Shown: positions 20,401 through 30,087 of the stretch, piece after piece
How the letters are laid out: each line of letters starts with the position of its first letter
Position numbering within the stretch: position 1 is the stretch's first letter
Source of the DNA: an uncultured bacterium
GTDB lineage: Bacteria > Chloroflexota > UBA5177 > JANWHV01
NCBI GenBank assembly: GCA_963827235.1
Contig: CAWHAE010000012.1
Span: forward strand, 1,440,001 to 1,504,000
Length of the DNA: 64,000 nucleotides
Reading direction: 5' to 3'
Position numbers and translations under genes: made by a program
The notes under the pieces: generated by a model
What the model saw: the letters and a program-made list of their open reading frames with translations, nothing else
What the model was told of the DNA's origin: nothing
Database searches by the model: none

Positions 20401-23400
20401 GCAATTTGAAGGGCATCGCAGGCACGACAAACTGAGCCGGCTCTCCATCCACCGACACGAAGCCGGTGCGCAAGATCTCATGGCGTCGCACCGCTTCACT
20501 CAGACTTCGTTCCAGTGCTGCCAGATCCAGTGCTCCGCGGATACGCGTGTCAAGCGGAATGTTGTATGCAACGCTTCCTGGATCAAGTTGCTGCAGGAAC
20601 CACAGGCGTCGCTGCTCGCAAGAGAGTGGGAAGCCGGCAGGTTTGTCGGCATTGGGTTGCATCTTCTCGGTAGGTGCCGGATCGACGACCAGCTGGGCAA
20701 GGACCGTGTCGGTGAGATCTTCAATGGAGATGCCCTGCAGAAGCTGGACGACGGATATCTGGATCCCCAGCTCCGCGCTCAGCACCGAAATGAGCTCGAC
20801 GGCCATCAACGAGTCGAAGCCCATCTCGGTGAGCGGTCGATCTCGGCTTACCTTCCTGGCTGTCGATCCGAGAATCCTGGCCGCCCGACTGGTGATGTGG
20901 TCCTCCAACAGCGAGCGCCGCTGGTCACTAGCGGCATGCAGCAGGCGGGCGTGCACTGAAGATCCTGACTCGCCTGCCAGGCCGATATCGGACCGATCCG
21001 TCGCGGCAAGAACGCGCTCATATCGCCGAAGCGCGGCTGCGCCCTGGTGTCGCTGCACCCACTCCCGCCAGTTGATACGTGCGACGATGGCTTGCGTGAG
21101 GCCGCTTGTCAGAAGGCCGGGGAGCTTGGCGAGCGCCCATTCCACGGTGACGCTCTCCAGCCCGGCACGCCGCAGGTGCTCCAAGAGATCGGGGTGCCGG
21201 AACAGGTAGCCTGCGCCTGTCAGCGCCCCCCAGTTGACCGTCAGCGAGGGCAGGCCAAGCGCGCGCCGATAGGCGGCGAACGCATCGAGAAACGCATTAG
21301 CCGCCGCATAGTTGCCCTGTAGCGGGTGCCCGGCGACAGAGCTGATGGAAGAATAGAGAATGAAGAAGTCGAGGTGGTCGCACAGGGTGTGGCAATGCAG
21401 GTTCCATGTGCCCGCGATCTTCGAATACATTGCCGTTGCCAGGCGTTCGTGATCAAGGCGCAACAGCAGATCGTCATCGAGGACCATGGCAGCGTGGATG
21501 ACACCACGAAGCGGCGGCATCGTCGAGCGGATCCTCGCGAGCACTCGGTCCATGTCCTCCTCGGACCCGACGTCGCCTCTGGCCAGGACGATTTCGGTCG
21601 GGGTGCTCTGAAGGCTCTGCAACGCCGTGGCGTCGTCCTTGGGCGCACCGCTCCGGCTCATCAACACGATGTGCCGAGCCCCCTGTCCGACCAACCAGTG
21701 TGCCGTGGCCAGGCCAAATCCACCGAGGCCGCCGGCAATCAGGTAGGTGGCATCGGGGAGGCACATCGATTGAGGCTCGTGCCGCGACTGTACGCGATAC
21801 CGGGGTTGGCGGAGGGTAAGCACCAGCTTGCCGATGTGCCTGGCCTCGAGCATCAACCGATAGGCCGCTTCGACCTCCGAGAGGTCGAGAGTGCGGTAGG
21901 GCAGCGGCTGCAGCATCCCCTGTGCGGTCAGCGCCAGAACCTCCAGGAGCAGTGAACGTGCTAGGAGCGGACGTTCGCGCGCCAGCAGATCGAGATCCAC
22001 CGCGAAGAAGGCCAACCCGCGAGAGAATGGGAGCAGCCCTATGGTAGAGTCGGCCAGGACATCCCGCTTTCCTATCTCGACGAACCGGCCCCCTATGCGA
22101 AGAACATGCAGGCCTTTCTCGATCGCTTCGCCGGCCAGGGAGTTCAGGACCACATCTACTCCCTCGCCGTTTGTCAGCTCAAGCACCTCGTCCGCGAAGG
22201 CGAGGGACCGCGAGTCCAGCACATGCTCGATGCCGAGCGACCTCAGGTAGGTACGCTTCTCCGGGGTACCGGCCGTGGCAAAGATCTCGGCTCCTACACG
22301 GCGGCAGATCTGGATGGCCGCGTGCCCGACGCCACCCGCGGCTGCGTGAATCAGCACCCGCTCGCCCGATGCGACGCGGGCCAGGTGGTTCAGTGCGTAG
22401 TGTGCTGTCATGAAGGCGACGGGAATGGTAGCTGCTTCCTCGAAGCTCAGATGTGAGGGCTTGGGCGCAACGAGATCTGCCGGAGCGATGACACGCGATG
22501 CGAAGCCGTCATATCCCAGAGCCACCACCTCGTCGCCTGGGTGAAGGTCCTCGACGCCATTCCCGCACTCGAGGACAATGCCCGCGCATTCGACCCCAAT
22601 GCCACCCTTCGCAGTGCCCGCCGTTGCCGACGGAGACAACTCTCCCAGCGCCAGTAACACGTCCTTGAAATTGAGACCGCCGGTGACCATCCGAATGGCC
22701 ACCTCGCCAGGCCCGGGTGGCTGATAGGGCACTTCGGCAAGACAGACGGTTTCCAGAACACCGCGAGTGGCAAGGCTTACCCGGAACGACGCCGTCTCGG
22801 TAGGTACCTCCTTACTCGTGGTTGTCCCACTGGGCTGCCGAATGGAGGCGTGCTCGACGCGCTGCGCCAAGCGTTGCTCTCCACGCAGGGTAAGCTCCTC
22901 TTCGAAGTCGTCTCCCTGCAATTCGCCTACCAACGCTGCGGTCTCGTCGGCAGTACAGGAGGGGCTGAGATCCACCAGCCGGCAGTGCAGCCCCGGCTCC
23001 TCACTCATGATCACGTGCCCCAGACCCCAGAGCGGCGCCTGGGCCACATTCACGGGATCGCGCTGGCCGGACACATCCTGCGAGCCGGCTGTGATCAGCC
23101 ACAGCTCGGGCGGAGGCTCGGTGGACCGCTCCAGGGCATGGACGATCTCGAGCACACTGCCACATCCCGTGCGCTGCGCCTCCATCAAGGTGGCAGCCGT
23201 CCACTCTGCCGGTGGCGGCGCATCCAGGCTCCAAAGATGGAGCAACCCGTGGCGGACACCACCCGGCAGTCTCCAGCGACGCAGGAGGTGCGCGACATCC
23301 TCCTCCCGCGGTCGGATCTCGAAGGTGCCGTCGACGCGCTGGCTGAAGTGCTCTCCCGTATACACGCAGCTACACTCGTCGCCCCGCGCGGCGAGCGCCT

Positions 23401-26400
23401 CTGCTAAGCGGGTCCCGACGCCACCGCGATCCGCGAAAACGAGCCAGCGTTGCGACGCGGCGCGCGTGCGAGCCAGGAAGACCGTCTGGGCGGTTCCGCC
23501 ATCCTGAGCGGGCTCCGACAGACGAACGACATCGTCGAAACCGGTTGACTCAAGCAGGTTCTGCCACGCATCCGCGCTCAAGAGCGAATGGGAAGAGCGT
23601 ATGCCGGCATCGGTGAAACTCCACCAACCGTCCAGCCCACCGAAGACAACGTCGAGCCATGGGGAACGACGGGTCAGCTCCTCCAGTACCAGGATGCCGC
23701 CAGGCGCAAGGAGGCGCTGAATGTTGCGCAGCGCCGTCGAGAGGTCGGCCGTGGCGTGGAGGACGTTGGCGGCCAGCACGACGTCAAAGGAGTGCGCCTC
23801 GAAGTGCTGTGCTACCGGATCGTGTTCGATATCGAGCAGACCGAACCGCATACCAGTCTTGTCGCCGAACTTCTTCTGGGCGCGAGCCAGAAAGAAGGGC
23901 GACACATCGCTGAACACGTATTCCAATGAGCCGTGGTGAAGTTGTGGGAGCGTGGCGGCCGTGGCCCCGCCCAACCCAGCCCCGATTTCCAGCACGCGCA
24001 GCCGCGCGTCGGATGAGGCATCGTTCGTGGCAGCAGCGATGGCCTCCGCCGCGAGCATGTTATAGAGGAGAATTGGTGGCGACTGCTCGTACAACGCGGC
24101 AAGACTCTCAATTGCCTCTGGACCGAACAGAAACTCGTGGGCGTCTGCGTCCCCCCTCAGGACAACCGCCAGCGGTTCCCCCGACCGGCGGATCGATGCA
24201 ATGATGGCACTATAGTGCGGATACGCGGCGAGAAGCGCGTCCGCCAGTTCTTGCACTCTTCCCGACTTCGCACCAGGTGCCACGATGTTGTCGACCAGGT
24301 TTCGATCGTCGCGGACGATCTCCACCAACCTGGCGAACATTTGGCGATGCGGGCGGACGACTCCGAGCGACTCGGCCAGGGCATCAAGAGACAGCTCTGC
24401 TGCGCTGTGGTCGTCCCATCCAAGCTCCGTCAGCGCTGCCAGAGCGAACCGCGCGGCGAGGTGGTTGAGCCTGGGCTCGACCTCGGCGTAGTATGCGTCA
24501 GACCCGCGGTCGCGAGCCATTCGATCGAATGGTAATTGTACGCAGGCACGGATCTCCGACGGACCATGCAGGGCCATCGCATGGCGTGCCGCGGGCGGGC
24601 GGAGAGGCGTATGCTCCCAGACGAGCCGATAGAGTCCTTCGTCGTCGATCGGGCGTGCTGCCGGACCAGAGCGTTCCAGCACAGTGAACCGCAGACCGTC
24701 ACACGTGAGGACGACGTTCCCATCGTCATCGGCCAACAGCACCGTACCCGTTCGCGCCGCGTCGCCGGAGCCGCTCAGCCGAGCATGGGCCCAGAACGGG
24801 CCCTCGCCCGGTGGCAGGTAGAACTGCAGGCGGTGGACCGCGGCGATGACGCAGGTGCTATTCTCCCCCACGACGCCGGCGGCTGACAGGGCCGGACCAA
24901 GGAGGGCCTGGAAGGCGGCATCAAGCAGGCAGGGATGGATGCGGTACGACTGTGCCTGTGCGGCTACCGCGGCAGGCAGGACAATCCTGGCGAGGGCTTC
25001 GGCGCTACCCAGGCGGGCTTCCGCAATGCAACGGAAGGTCTCACCGTATCGGAGGCCCCGCGCCTCTGAGGCCGTATACAGGGCATCCGGCGACAGGTAG
25101 TCTGGGCAGCGCGCCGCGATGGCGCTCAGATCGAGGCGAGCAGGCGCCGGCGCCGCCATCCTCCGCAGCCGGCCCGCGGCGTGGAGTGTCCAGGCCGGCG
25201 CATTTCTCGTCCTCATCGCGGAGTGGATCTCTATTGACGACCGTGCCGGCTCAATCACTGCTTGCAGAAGGACGTCGTCGCGCCGCGGGAGAACAAGCAT
25301 CTTGCTGAGCTCGACATCCTCGATAGAAGCGCTATCCCCCAGCCCAATCTCACGCGCCGCGGCGAGCATCATTTCGACGTACGCGGCACCGGGGAAGACG
25401 ACGCTGTGCTCGATGCTGTGGTCGTCTAGATACGAAAGTTGTGACGCACTCATGTCCACTTCCCACACCGGTCGGACAGAGCGCAGCCGGTGGCCCAACA
25501 GGGGATGGCCACTATCGACACCGGCGGGTCGATACTCGGACGCCGCGTCCGGAGCGCCTGTGTCAAGCCAGTAGCGCTCGCGCTGCCAGGGATAGGTCGG
25601 CAGTGGCACGCACGTGCCTTCGAGGTAGAGGGTGGACCAGCTCACCTGGCAGCCGCGGACGTGCAGCGACCCTAGGGTACGCAGCATCACGGTGCGCTCG
25701 CTCTCCCGTTGTCGGAGCGACGGCAGCACGACGCCGCTTTGACCGCGATTCGCCAGGCACTCCAGGATACTGGCGGCGAGTACCGGATGCGGCCCGACTT
25801 CCACGAACGTGCCAAAGCCGTCATCGATCAACTGATCGACGGCCTTTGCGAAGAGTACCGGATTCCGCACGTTTTGCCACCAATAGCCGGAGTCGAAGTC
25901 CGGTCCGTCCGATCGGCGTCCCGTCACTTCCGAGATAATCGGAATCACCGGTGCGTTCGGCCGGAGCCCCTGGATAGACTCCAGAAACTCCTCGCGGATA
26001 GCATCCATCTGCGGACCATGGTAAGGAACCGTCACCGGGAGGCGCCGGCAGAAGAGATGCTGCCGCTCGAGCTGGTCGGCAATGCGTGCCAGTAGATCGG
26101 CCGTTCCCGAGAGCGTGACCGAATTCGGACTGTTGACCGCGGCAACAGAGACGCGATCCTCGCATCCCGAAATCAAGGCAAGCGCCGCATCGTGCGAGAC
26201 GCCTGCGGCGAGCATGACTCCTGTGCCGCTCGTGCGCTGCTGCAGCCGGCCACGATGGAACGCCAGGCGCACGGCGTCGGGCAGGTCCAGCGCGCCCGCG
26301 ACACAGGACGCGGCCATTTCGCCCGAGCTATGGCCAATCACGGCATCGGGGATGATCCCCCAGGAACGCCACAACTCGGCAAGGGCAATCTGGATGGCGA

Positions 26401-28216
26401 AGTTGGCGACGTGTGCAAGGTAGGGATCCCCAACGTGCGAGGCCGCCTCGTCCGCCGTAAGCTCATCCAGCAACGACCAGTGCGCCAGGGGACGAAGCAG
26501 CCGGTCGCACTCCTCGAGCACGTGCCGGAAGACCGGCTCATCCTGCAGAAGCTCTCTCCCCATGCCCCACCATTGGGGACCCATCCCGGGGAAGATGAAC
26601 GCAACCTTTGACTTCTTGCTTCGCGTGCGTCGCCCCACGGCAATATCGGCCCTTTGTTCACCCGACAGGTAGCCATTCAGGCGGTCGAGGAATCCCTCGC
26701 GAGAGCTTGCCACGACGGCGAGGCGGTAGTCTAGATGGCTCCGGCGAGCCGCCGCTGTGTAGCACAGGTCACGTAACGAGAAGGCGTTGTCGCCGAGCAG
26801 AAGATCCCGGTACTGGTCCGCCAGGCACCGAAGCGCCTCCGGGCTCTGCGCCGAGATCGTGAGGATGCACGGATCGGAATCAGCTGTGCCGCAGGGTGCC
26901 GTTGCAGACGCCGGAGGCTCCTGCAGGATCACGTGCGCGTTGGTGCCGCCGAAACCGAATGAATTGACCCCGGCGATCGCCGGGCCAGGCGTCGAGGGCC
27001 AGGACTCCAGGATCGTCGGAACACGCAGACGCAGCTCGGCGAAGGCGATCGACGGGTTTGGCTCTCGAAAGTGGAGGCTCGGCGGGATTCGCCGGTGTTT
27101 CAGGGCGAGAGCGGTCTTGATCAGCCCTGCTATGCCCGAAGCGGCCTCGAGGTGACCAATATTGGTCTTCACCGATCCGACGAGGCACGGGGCATCTTCG
27201 GCGCGACCAGCGGCGAAGACATTGCCCAAAGCTGTCGCCTCGATCGGGTCTCCCACGCGCGTGCCTGTGCCGTGGGCTTCCACATACTGGACGGCGGACG
27301 GTACAATCCCGGCAGTGCGGAGCGCGCTCTGGATCATCTCCGCCTGTGCAGCCATGCTTGGCACGCTCATGCCCGGTGTACGCCCGTCCTGATTGACGGC
27401 AGCGCCGCGAATGACCGCGTAGATCGGATCGTGGTCGTCGATTGCCCTGGCCAGCGGCTTAAGGATGACCGCACCTGCGCCTTCACTCCGGACATAGCCG
27501 TCCGCACGAGCATCGAACGTCTTGCAGCGCCCATCTGGCGCGAGCATTGACGCCTTGCAGAACCCGATCGTGGGCTCAGGGGAGAGCAGCGCGTTCACAC
27601 CACCGACGATGGCCAAGTCGCAGTCGCCGCTTGCCAGGCTCTGGCAGGCCAGGTGCACGGCAGTGAGCGACGAGGAGCAGGCGGTATCGACGGCGAGACT
27701 CGGTCCCCGGAAGTCGAACTGGTAGGAGATGCGGTTCGCGGCCATACTGGCGGTGCCTCCGGAATTGGAGTGCGCGTCGATCAGGTGACGGTTGCCCGGC
27801 TGCGCCTGAATATCGCTGTAATCGTGTGACGAGATGCCGACAAAGACGCCCGTCCTCGTGCCAGCAAGGCGATCTGGAACCAGTCCCCCGTCTTCCAGGG
27901 CTTCCCAGACCACCTCGAGCAGAAGGCGCTGTTGCGGATCGATGTGCTGCGCTTCGCGTGGGGCAATACCGAAGAACAAAGGATCGAACTGATCGATCGC
28001 ATCGAGGAAGCCGCCCCATCGTGTGTAGAGCTTACCGGGCTTCCCCAATTCGGAATCAAAGACTGCTTCGGCGTCGAAGCGGCCCGGCGGCATCTCCGTG
28101 ATGGCGTCTACTCCGTTGCGCAGGAGCGTCCAGAACTGCTCCGGGGTATTGGCGCCCCCGGGAAACCGACAGCCGATGCCGACGATCGCGACGGCGCCAG
28201 GCAGGGACTTGGGCAT
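17477..28216 (-). CDS. Hybrid type I PKS-NRPS (KS-AT-DH-cMT-ER-KR-ACP-C-A-PCP), 3579 aa, no TE/R domain
   Basis: KS DTACSSS/HGTGT/NIGHLE; AT GHSSG; DH HSIEHSVVFPG; MT LEIGAGLGG; ER LIHAAAGGVG; KR GGLGGFG, VLDD, YAAAN; ACP GFDSL; C HHLICDS; A YTSGSTGRPKG, NLYGPSE, YRTGD; PCP LGGHSL. Confidence 0.97.
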   Translation of the reverse strand: MPKSLPGAVAIVGIGCRFPGGANTPEQFWTLLRNGVDAITEMPPGRFDAEAVFDSELGKPGKLYTRWGGFLDAIDQFDPLFFGIAPREAQHIDPQQRLLLEVVWEALEDGGLVPDRLAGTRTGVFVGISSHDYSDIQAQPGNRHLIDAHSNSGGTASMAANRISYQFDFRGPSLAVDTACSSSLTAVHLACQSLASGDCDLAIVGGVNALLSPEPTIGFCKASMLAPDGRCKTFDARADGYVRSEGAGAVILKPLARAIDDHDPIYAVIRGAAVNQDGRTPGMSVPSMAAQAEMIQSALRTAGIVPSAVQYVEAHGTGTRVGDPIEATALGNVFAAGRAEDAPCLVGSVKTNIGHLEAASGIAGLIKTALALKHRRIPPSLHFREPNPSIAFAELRLRVPTILESWPSTPGPAIAGVNSFGFGGTNAHVILQEPPASATAPCGTADSDPCILTISAQSPEALRCLADQYRDLLLGDNAFSLRDLCYTAAARRSHLDYRLAVVASSREGFLDRLNGYLSGEQRADIAVGRRTRSKKSKVAFIFPGMGPQWWGMGRELLQDEPVFRHVLEECDRLLRPLAHWSLLDELTADEAASHVGDPYLAHVANFAIQIALAELWRSWGIIPDAVIGHSSGEMAASCVAGALDLPDAVRLAFHRGRLQQRTSGTGVMLAAGVSHDAALALISGCEDRVSVAAVNSPNSVTLSGTADLLARIADQLERQHLFCRRLPVTVPYHGPQMDAIREEFLESIQGLRPNAPVIPIISEVTGRRSDGPDFDSGYWWQNVRNPVLFAKAVDQLIDDGFGTFVEVGPHPVLAASILECLANRGQSGVVLPSLRQRESERTVMLRTLGSLHVRGCQVSWSTLYLEGTCVPLPTYPWQRERYWLDTGAPDAASEYRPAGVDSGHPLLGHRLRSVRPVWEVDMSASQLSYLDDHSIEHSVVFPGAAYVEMMLAAAREIGLGDSASIEDVELSKMLVLPRRDDVLLQAVIEPARSSIEIHSAMRTRNAPAWTLHAAGRLRRMAAPAPARLDLSAIAARCPDYLSPDALYTASEARGLRYGETFRCIAEARLGSAEALARIVLPAAVAAQAQSYRIHPCLLDAAFQALLGPALSAAGVVGENSTCVIAAVHRLQFYLPPGEGPFWAHARLSGSGDAARTGTVLLADDDGNVVLTCDGLRFTVLERSGPAARPIDDEGLYRLVWEHTPLRPPAARHAMALHGPSEIRACVQLPFDRMARDRGSDAYYAEVEPRLNHLAARFALAALTELGWDDHSAAELSLDALAESLGVVRPHRQMFARLVEIVRDDRNLVDNIVAPGAKSGRVQELADALLAAYPHYSAIIASIRRSGEPLAVVLRGDADAHEFLFGPEAIESLAALYEQSPPILLYNMLAAEAIAAATNDASSDARLRVLEIGAGLGGATAATLPQLHHGSLEYVFSDVSPFFLARAQKKFGDKTGMRFGLLDIEHDPVAQHFEAHSFDVVLAANVLHATADLSTALRNIQRLLAPGGILVLEELTRRSPWLDVVFGGLDGWWSFTDAGIRSSHSLLSADAWQNLLESTGFDDVVRLSEPAQDGGTAQTVFLARTRAASQRWLVFADRGGVGTRLAEALAARGDECSCVYTGEHFSQRVDGTFEIRPREEDVAHLLRRWRLPGGVRHGLLHLWSLDAPPPAEWTAATLMEAQRTGCGSVLEIVHALERSTEPPPELWLITAGSQDVSGQRDPVNVAQAPLWGLGHVIMSEEPGLHCRLVDLSPSCTADETAALVGELQGDDFEEELTLRGEQRLAQRVEHASIRQPSGTTTSKEVPTETASFRVSLATRGVLETVCLAEVPYQPPGPGEVAIRMVTGGLNFKDVLLALGELSPSATAGTAKGGIGVECAGIVLECGNGVEDLHPGDEVVALGYDGFASRVIAPADLVAPKPSHLSFEEAATIPVAFMTAHYALNHLARVASGERVLIHAAAGGVGHAAIQICRRVGAEIFATAGTPEKRTYLRSLGIEHVLDSRSLAFADEVLELTNGEGVDVVLNSLAGEAIEKGLHVLRIGGRFVEIGKRDVLADSTIGLLPFSRGLAFFAVDLDLLARERPLLARSLLLEVLALTAQGMLQPLPYRTLDLSEVEAAYRLMLEARHIGKLVLTLRQPRYRVQSRHEPQSMCLPDATYLIAGGLGGFGLATAHWLVGQGARHIVLMSRSGAPKDDATALQSLQSTPTEIVLARGDVGSEEDMDRVLARIRSTMPPLRGVIHAAMVLDDDLLLRLDHERLATAMYSKIAGTWNLHCHTLCDHLDFFILYSSISSVAGHPLQGNYAAANAFLDAFAAYRRALGLPSLTVNWGALTGAGYLFRHPDLLEHLRRAGLESVTVEWALAKLPGLLTSGLTQAIVARINWREWVQRHQGAAALRRYERVLAATDRSDIGLAGESGSSVHARLLHAASDQRRSLLEDHITSRAARILGSTARKVSRDRPLTEMGFDSLMAVELISVLSAELGIQISVVQLLQGISIEDLTDTVLAQLVVDPAPTEKMQPNADKPAGFPLSCEQRRLWFLQQLDPGSVAYNIPLDTRIRGALDLAALERSLSEAVRRHEILRTGFVSVDGEPAQFVVPAMPFKLQTVDLSMLAPDKHEAEIYQLARCAFEAPFDLGRPPLLRAKVLRLAETKHVVLMTIHHLICDSTIGVLLLRDIASHYEAFVGGNLSPLSEPSYQYQDYVRWQQQRLQDPAMESQLTYWKERLAGAPTTLRLPIDRPRSVVRTPDGGTHYMELSSHLHKALQDLSRREGVTLFMTLLAAYQTLLHRYSGDGDISVGTPILTRGAPGTETAIGCFMNTLVLRTDLAGNPTFRELLARVRVVTLGALAYQDVPFERVVAALQPRRGLEQMPLIQSMMILHNLRLQEMKMADLELSALNIETGTSLFDLTLFFELDAGLSARLVYSTDLFDTETIERMAGHLSTLLEGIVEQPERHISDLPLLTTPERRRMLRDWNATEADLGEAKCMHKLFEAQVEATPDAVALVHDGGCLTYGALDRWANQLANRLRRLNVGLGDLVAICLDPSPELLASIIGCHKVGGAYLPLDPGDPEHYRALILQDAQPRVLLTQARLAAPLSVPGMEVLALAEEQGMIRKESTDRPLVDATPDHLAYVIYTSGSTGRPKGVMVPHRAICNQVRWRQMAFPLSATDAVLQRTPITFDPSVWELLGPLSVGARIVLPRPGGHRDPAYLTALIAASAVTAMQVVPSVLEMLLETPGFAACHSLRRVFCGGEVLRPNLQDRFHALSAATLTNLYGPSEATIDTTSWTCRRGDGRRTVPIGRPIVNTQVYMVDANLQPVPIGVPGELLIGGAGLAVGYLNRPELTAERFIPMPFADAPGERLYRTGDMARFLPDGTIEFRGRLDHQIKNRGMRIEPAEIATALLDHPAVRDAEVVAVRQRADSEQQLVAYLVVDGSHAPDDVQLRRFLRERLPSPMIPAAFVHLEMLPRLSNGKIDQSMLPPPDREQTGVYDGYVAPRDAVETELAGIWESLLDVRPIGTMSDFFDLGGHSLLAVRMLARMEKRLGAAVSLSQLYEGPTIERLAGIFRAQREPRNPAT

Positions 28217-28355
28217 GCTCAGGTTCCTCCCGCGGGCTAGGTTTCGTATCCGTCAGCCAGGAGACGGTCCCCACCGGGGGTACGAAGAATGCACGATCTG
28301 GTCAGTCACCTGTGTGCCTGCCGCGCTCCACGACAGGCACACATTGACAGACACA

Positions 28356-29042
28356 TCAGCTACCGGCGTTCCCCGCCACGACGAAGGCACCTGCTACGTT
28401 GAAGGTTGCGCGAGGCGCCGTCTTATCCAGGCGTACGCCCTGACCGGTGACGACCATCGCTTCCTGCAGCCCGACGCGGCCGAGGCTGTAGGTGCCCCCG
28501 AGCAAGGTGAAAGACTGCGCAGACGTCTGCGAGGTGTCGCCCATGAGCGTCAAGATCCCCTGGTTCGGGGCCTGGACGTTGACAATGCTCTGCTGGCGCG
28601 TCGTGAGCTTGGCAATCGGCGTGCCCCGCTGAAACGATGTGGGCGTCTTGAAGCTGGCTCCCCCCGACGCATTCGCGTAGAACGTGAGTGCTCCCACCGA
28701 CGATAACTCAAAGAGGGTGCCGAGGACAGAGCGGGCTATCAGCTTGCCCGGCGCATAGTAGGTGAAGCGAGCCGTGGCCTCCGAGTGAACTACAGGGTCT
28801 GAGAACAGCACTGAATCCGGAAGGCCCCGGATATACGTGATGTAGCCGTAGGACGAGAAGTCACCGCCGTTCTGGTCGATCATGCCGACAGATTCGATGG
28901 CGTGCTGCCCCACGGCGCCCATTCCGATCGACACGGTTTCCCGGCCGGGCGAGGCGTGGGCCGGAACCAGGCTGGCTGAGCCGAATAGGAGCGCGGCGGC
29001 GGCAAGCGATGCAATGGGCCTGACCGTCAACAAATTCTTCAT
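28356..29042 (-). CDS. Secreted hypothetical protein (beta-rich)
   Basis: AAGGAG RBS; signal peptide MKNLLTVRPIASLAAAALLFGSASLVPAHA. Confidence 0.75.
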   Translation of the reverse strand: MKNLLTVRPIASLAAAALLFGSASLVPAHASPGRETVSIGMGAVGQHAIESVGMIDQNGGDFSSYGYITYIRGLPDSVLFSDPVVHSEATARFTYYAPGKLIARSVLGTLFELSSVGALTFYANASGGASFKTPTSFQRGTPIAKLTTRQQSIVNVQAPNQGILTLMGDTSQTSAQSFTLLGGTYSLGRVGLQEAMVVTGQGVRLDKTAPRATFNVAGAFVVAGNAGS

Positions 29043-29373
29043 GCTAGGGCTCCTTGTGTGCTGAAATAGTGGGTGAACGCGGCACGGAACAACAGACCGA
29101 TACTCTTGAGATCCTGAAACGGCGGGAGAGCGTGAGTTGCACGATCACGCCAGTTCGTCTGTCGAGTCGAGGTGCGGTAACGCGGCATAAAGTCCATTAT
29201 GGAGCGCTACGCTTAATAATCAACAATGGCGGTGAGCGGAGTAGGACCGGTCTGGCGGCGGCGAGTAGGCAACGACGGAGGGCCTGTGCTGTGGCTCGCG
29301 TCTGCAGGATGCAACCGCGTTGGCGTAGCTGGCCCGAAAATCCGGATGGAATAGGACAGCCGGGCAGATCTCC

Positions 29374-29901
29374 TCATGAGCGCACGGGGACGGCGAGGTT
29401 GCGCACCATCCGCACCCGGCCATTGTCATAGTCCGCGATGTACTGGTTGCCTGCTCCATCGATAGCCACGGCGACAGGGTGATTCAAGGACGCCTTCGTC
29501 GCGGGACCACCGTCACCGCTAAAGCCTTGCCGGCTGGTCCCCGCCACCGTCGTGATGACGCCGCTGCCGGCATGTATCTCGCGCACGCGACCGCTGTCTC
29601 CATCGGCAAGAAACAGGTTGCCTGCTCCGTCCAGTGCCATGCCCAGTGGGTCCGGCAATGCCGCTCGGGTCGCCGGGCCGCCGTCCCCGCCAAAGTGATT
29701 GTCACCGGTGCCGACCACCTTGGTGATGGTGCGGCTACCCGCGTGTACCTCCCGTATCACGTCGTTCCCGGTGTCCGCCAAGTACAGATTGCCGCTATTA
29801 TCGATGGCCACTGTCGCAAATGTCACCTCGCCGCCGAACAGCTCCGCCTTTGTGGCCGGACCTCCATCGCCACTCGTGCCTGGGTCGCCGTCGCCGGCCA
29901 C
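29374..29901 (-). pseudogene. NHL-repeat protein fragment (5'-truncated)
   Basis: Three GDGGPAT.A.L..P.G.A.D..GNLY.AD repeats; no RBS or signal peptide; starts at the edge of the direct repeat. Confidence 0.7.
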
Positions 29902-29921
29902 GTACCGGACCGCGACGACCA

Positions 29922-30087
29922 GTGTTAGGGTGCTGAGACGAAGCGCAGCCAGGTGCGCCCATCATCACTGCTTCGATAGACTCCCTGCGCGGCCCCCGCG
30001 TAGGCGGTGCGACCGTCGGGGGCCGCGAGCAGCGCCCAGACCTGCGGGTCGTCGTTCCTCGCGTGCCGGGCACCGGTGCCCAGCTCC
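29922..30087. repeat. ~166 bp direct repeat, right copy
   Basis: Matches 14895..15061. Confidence 0.95.
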
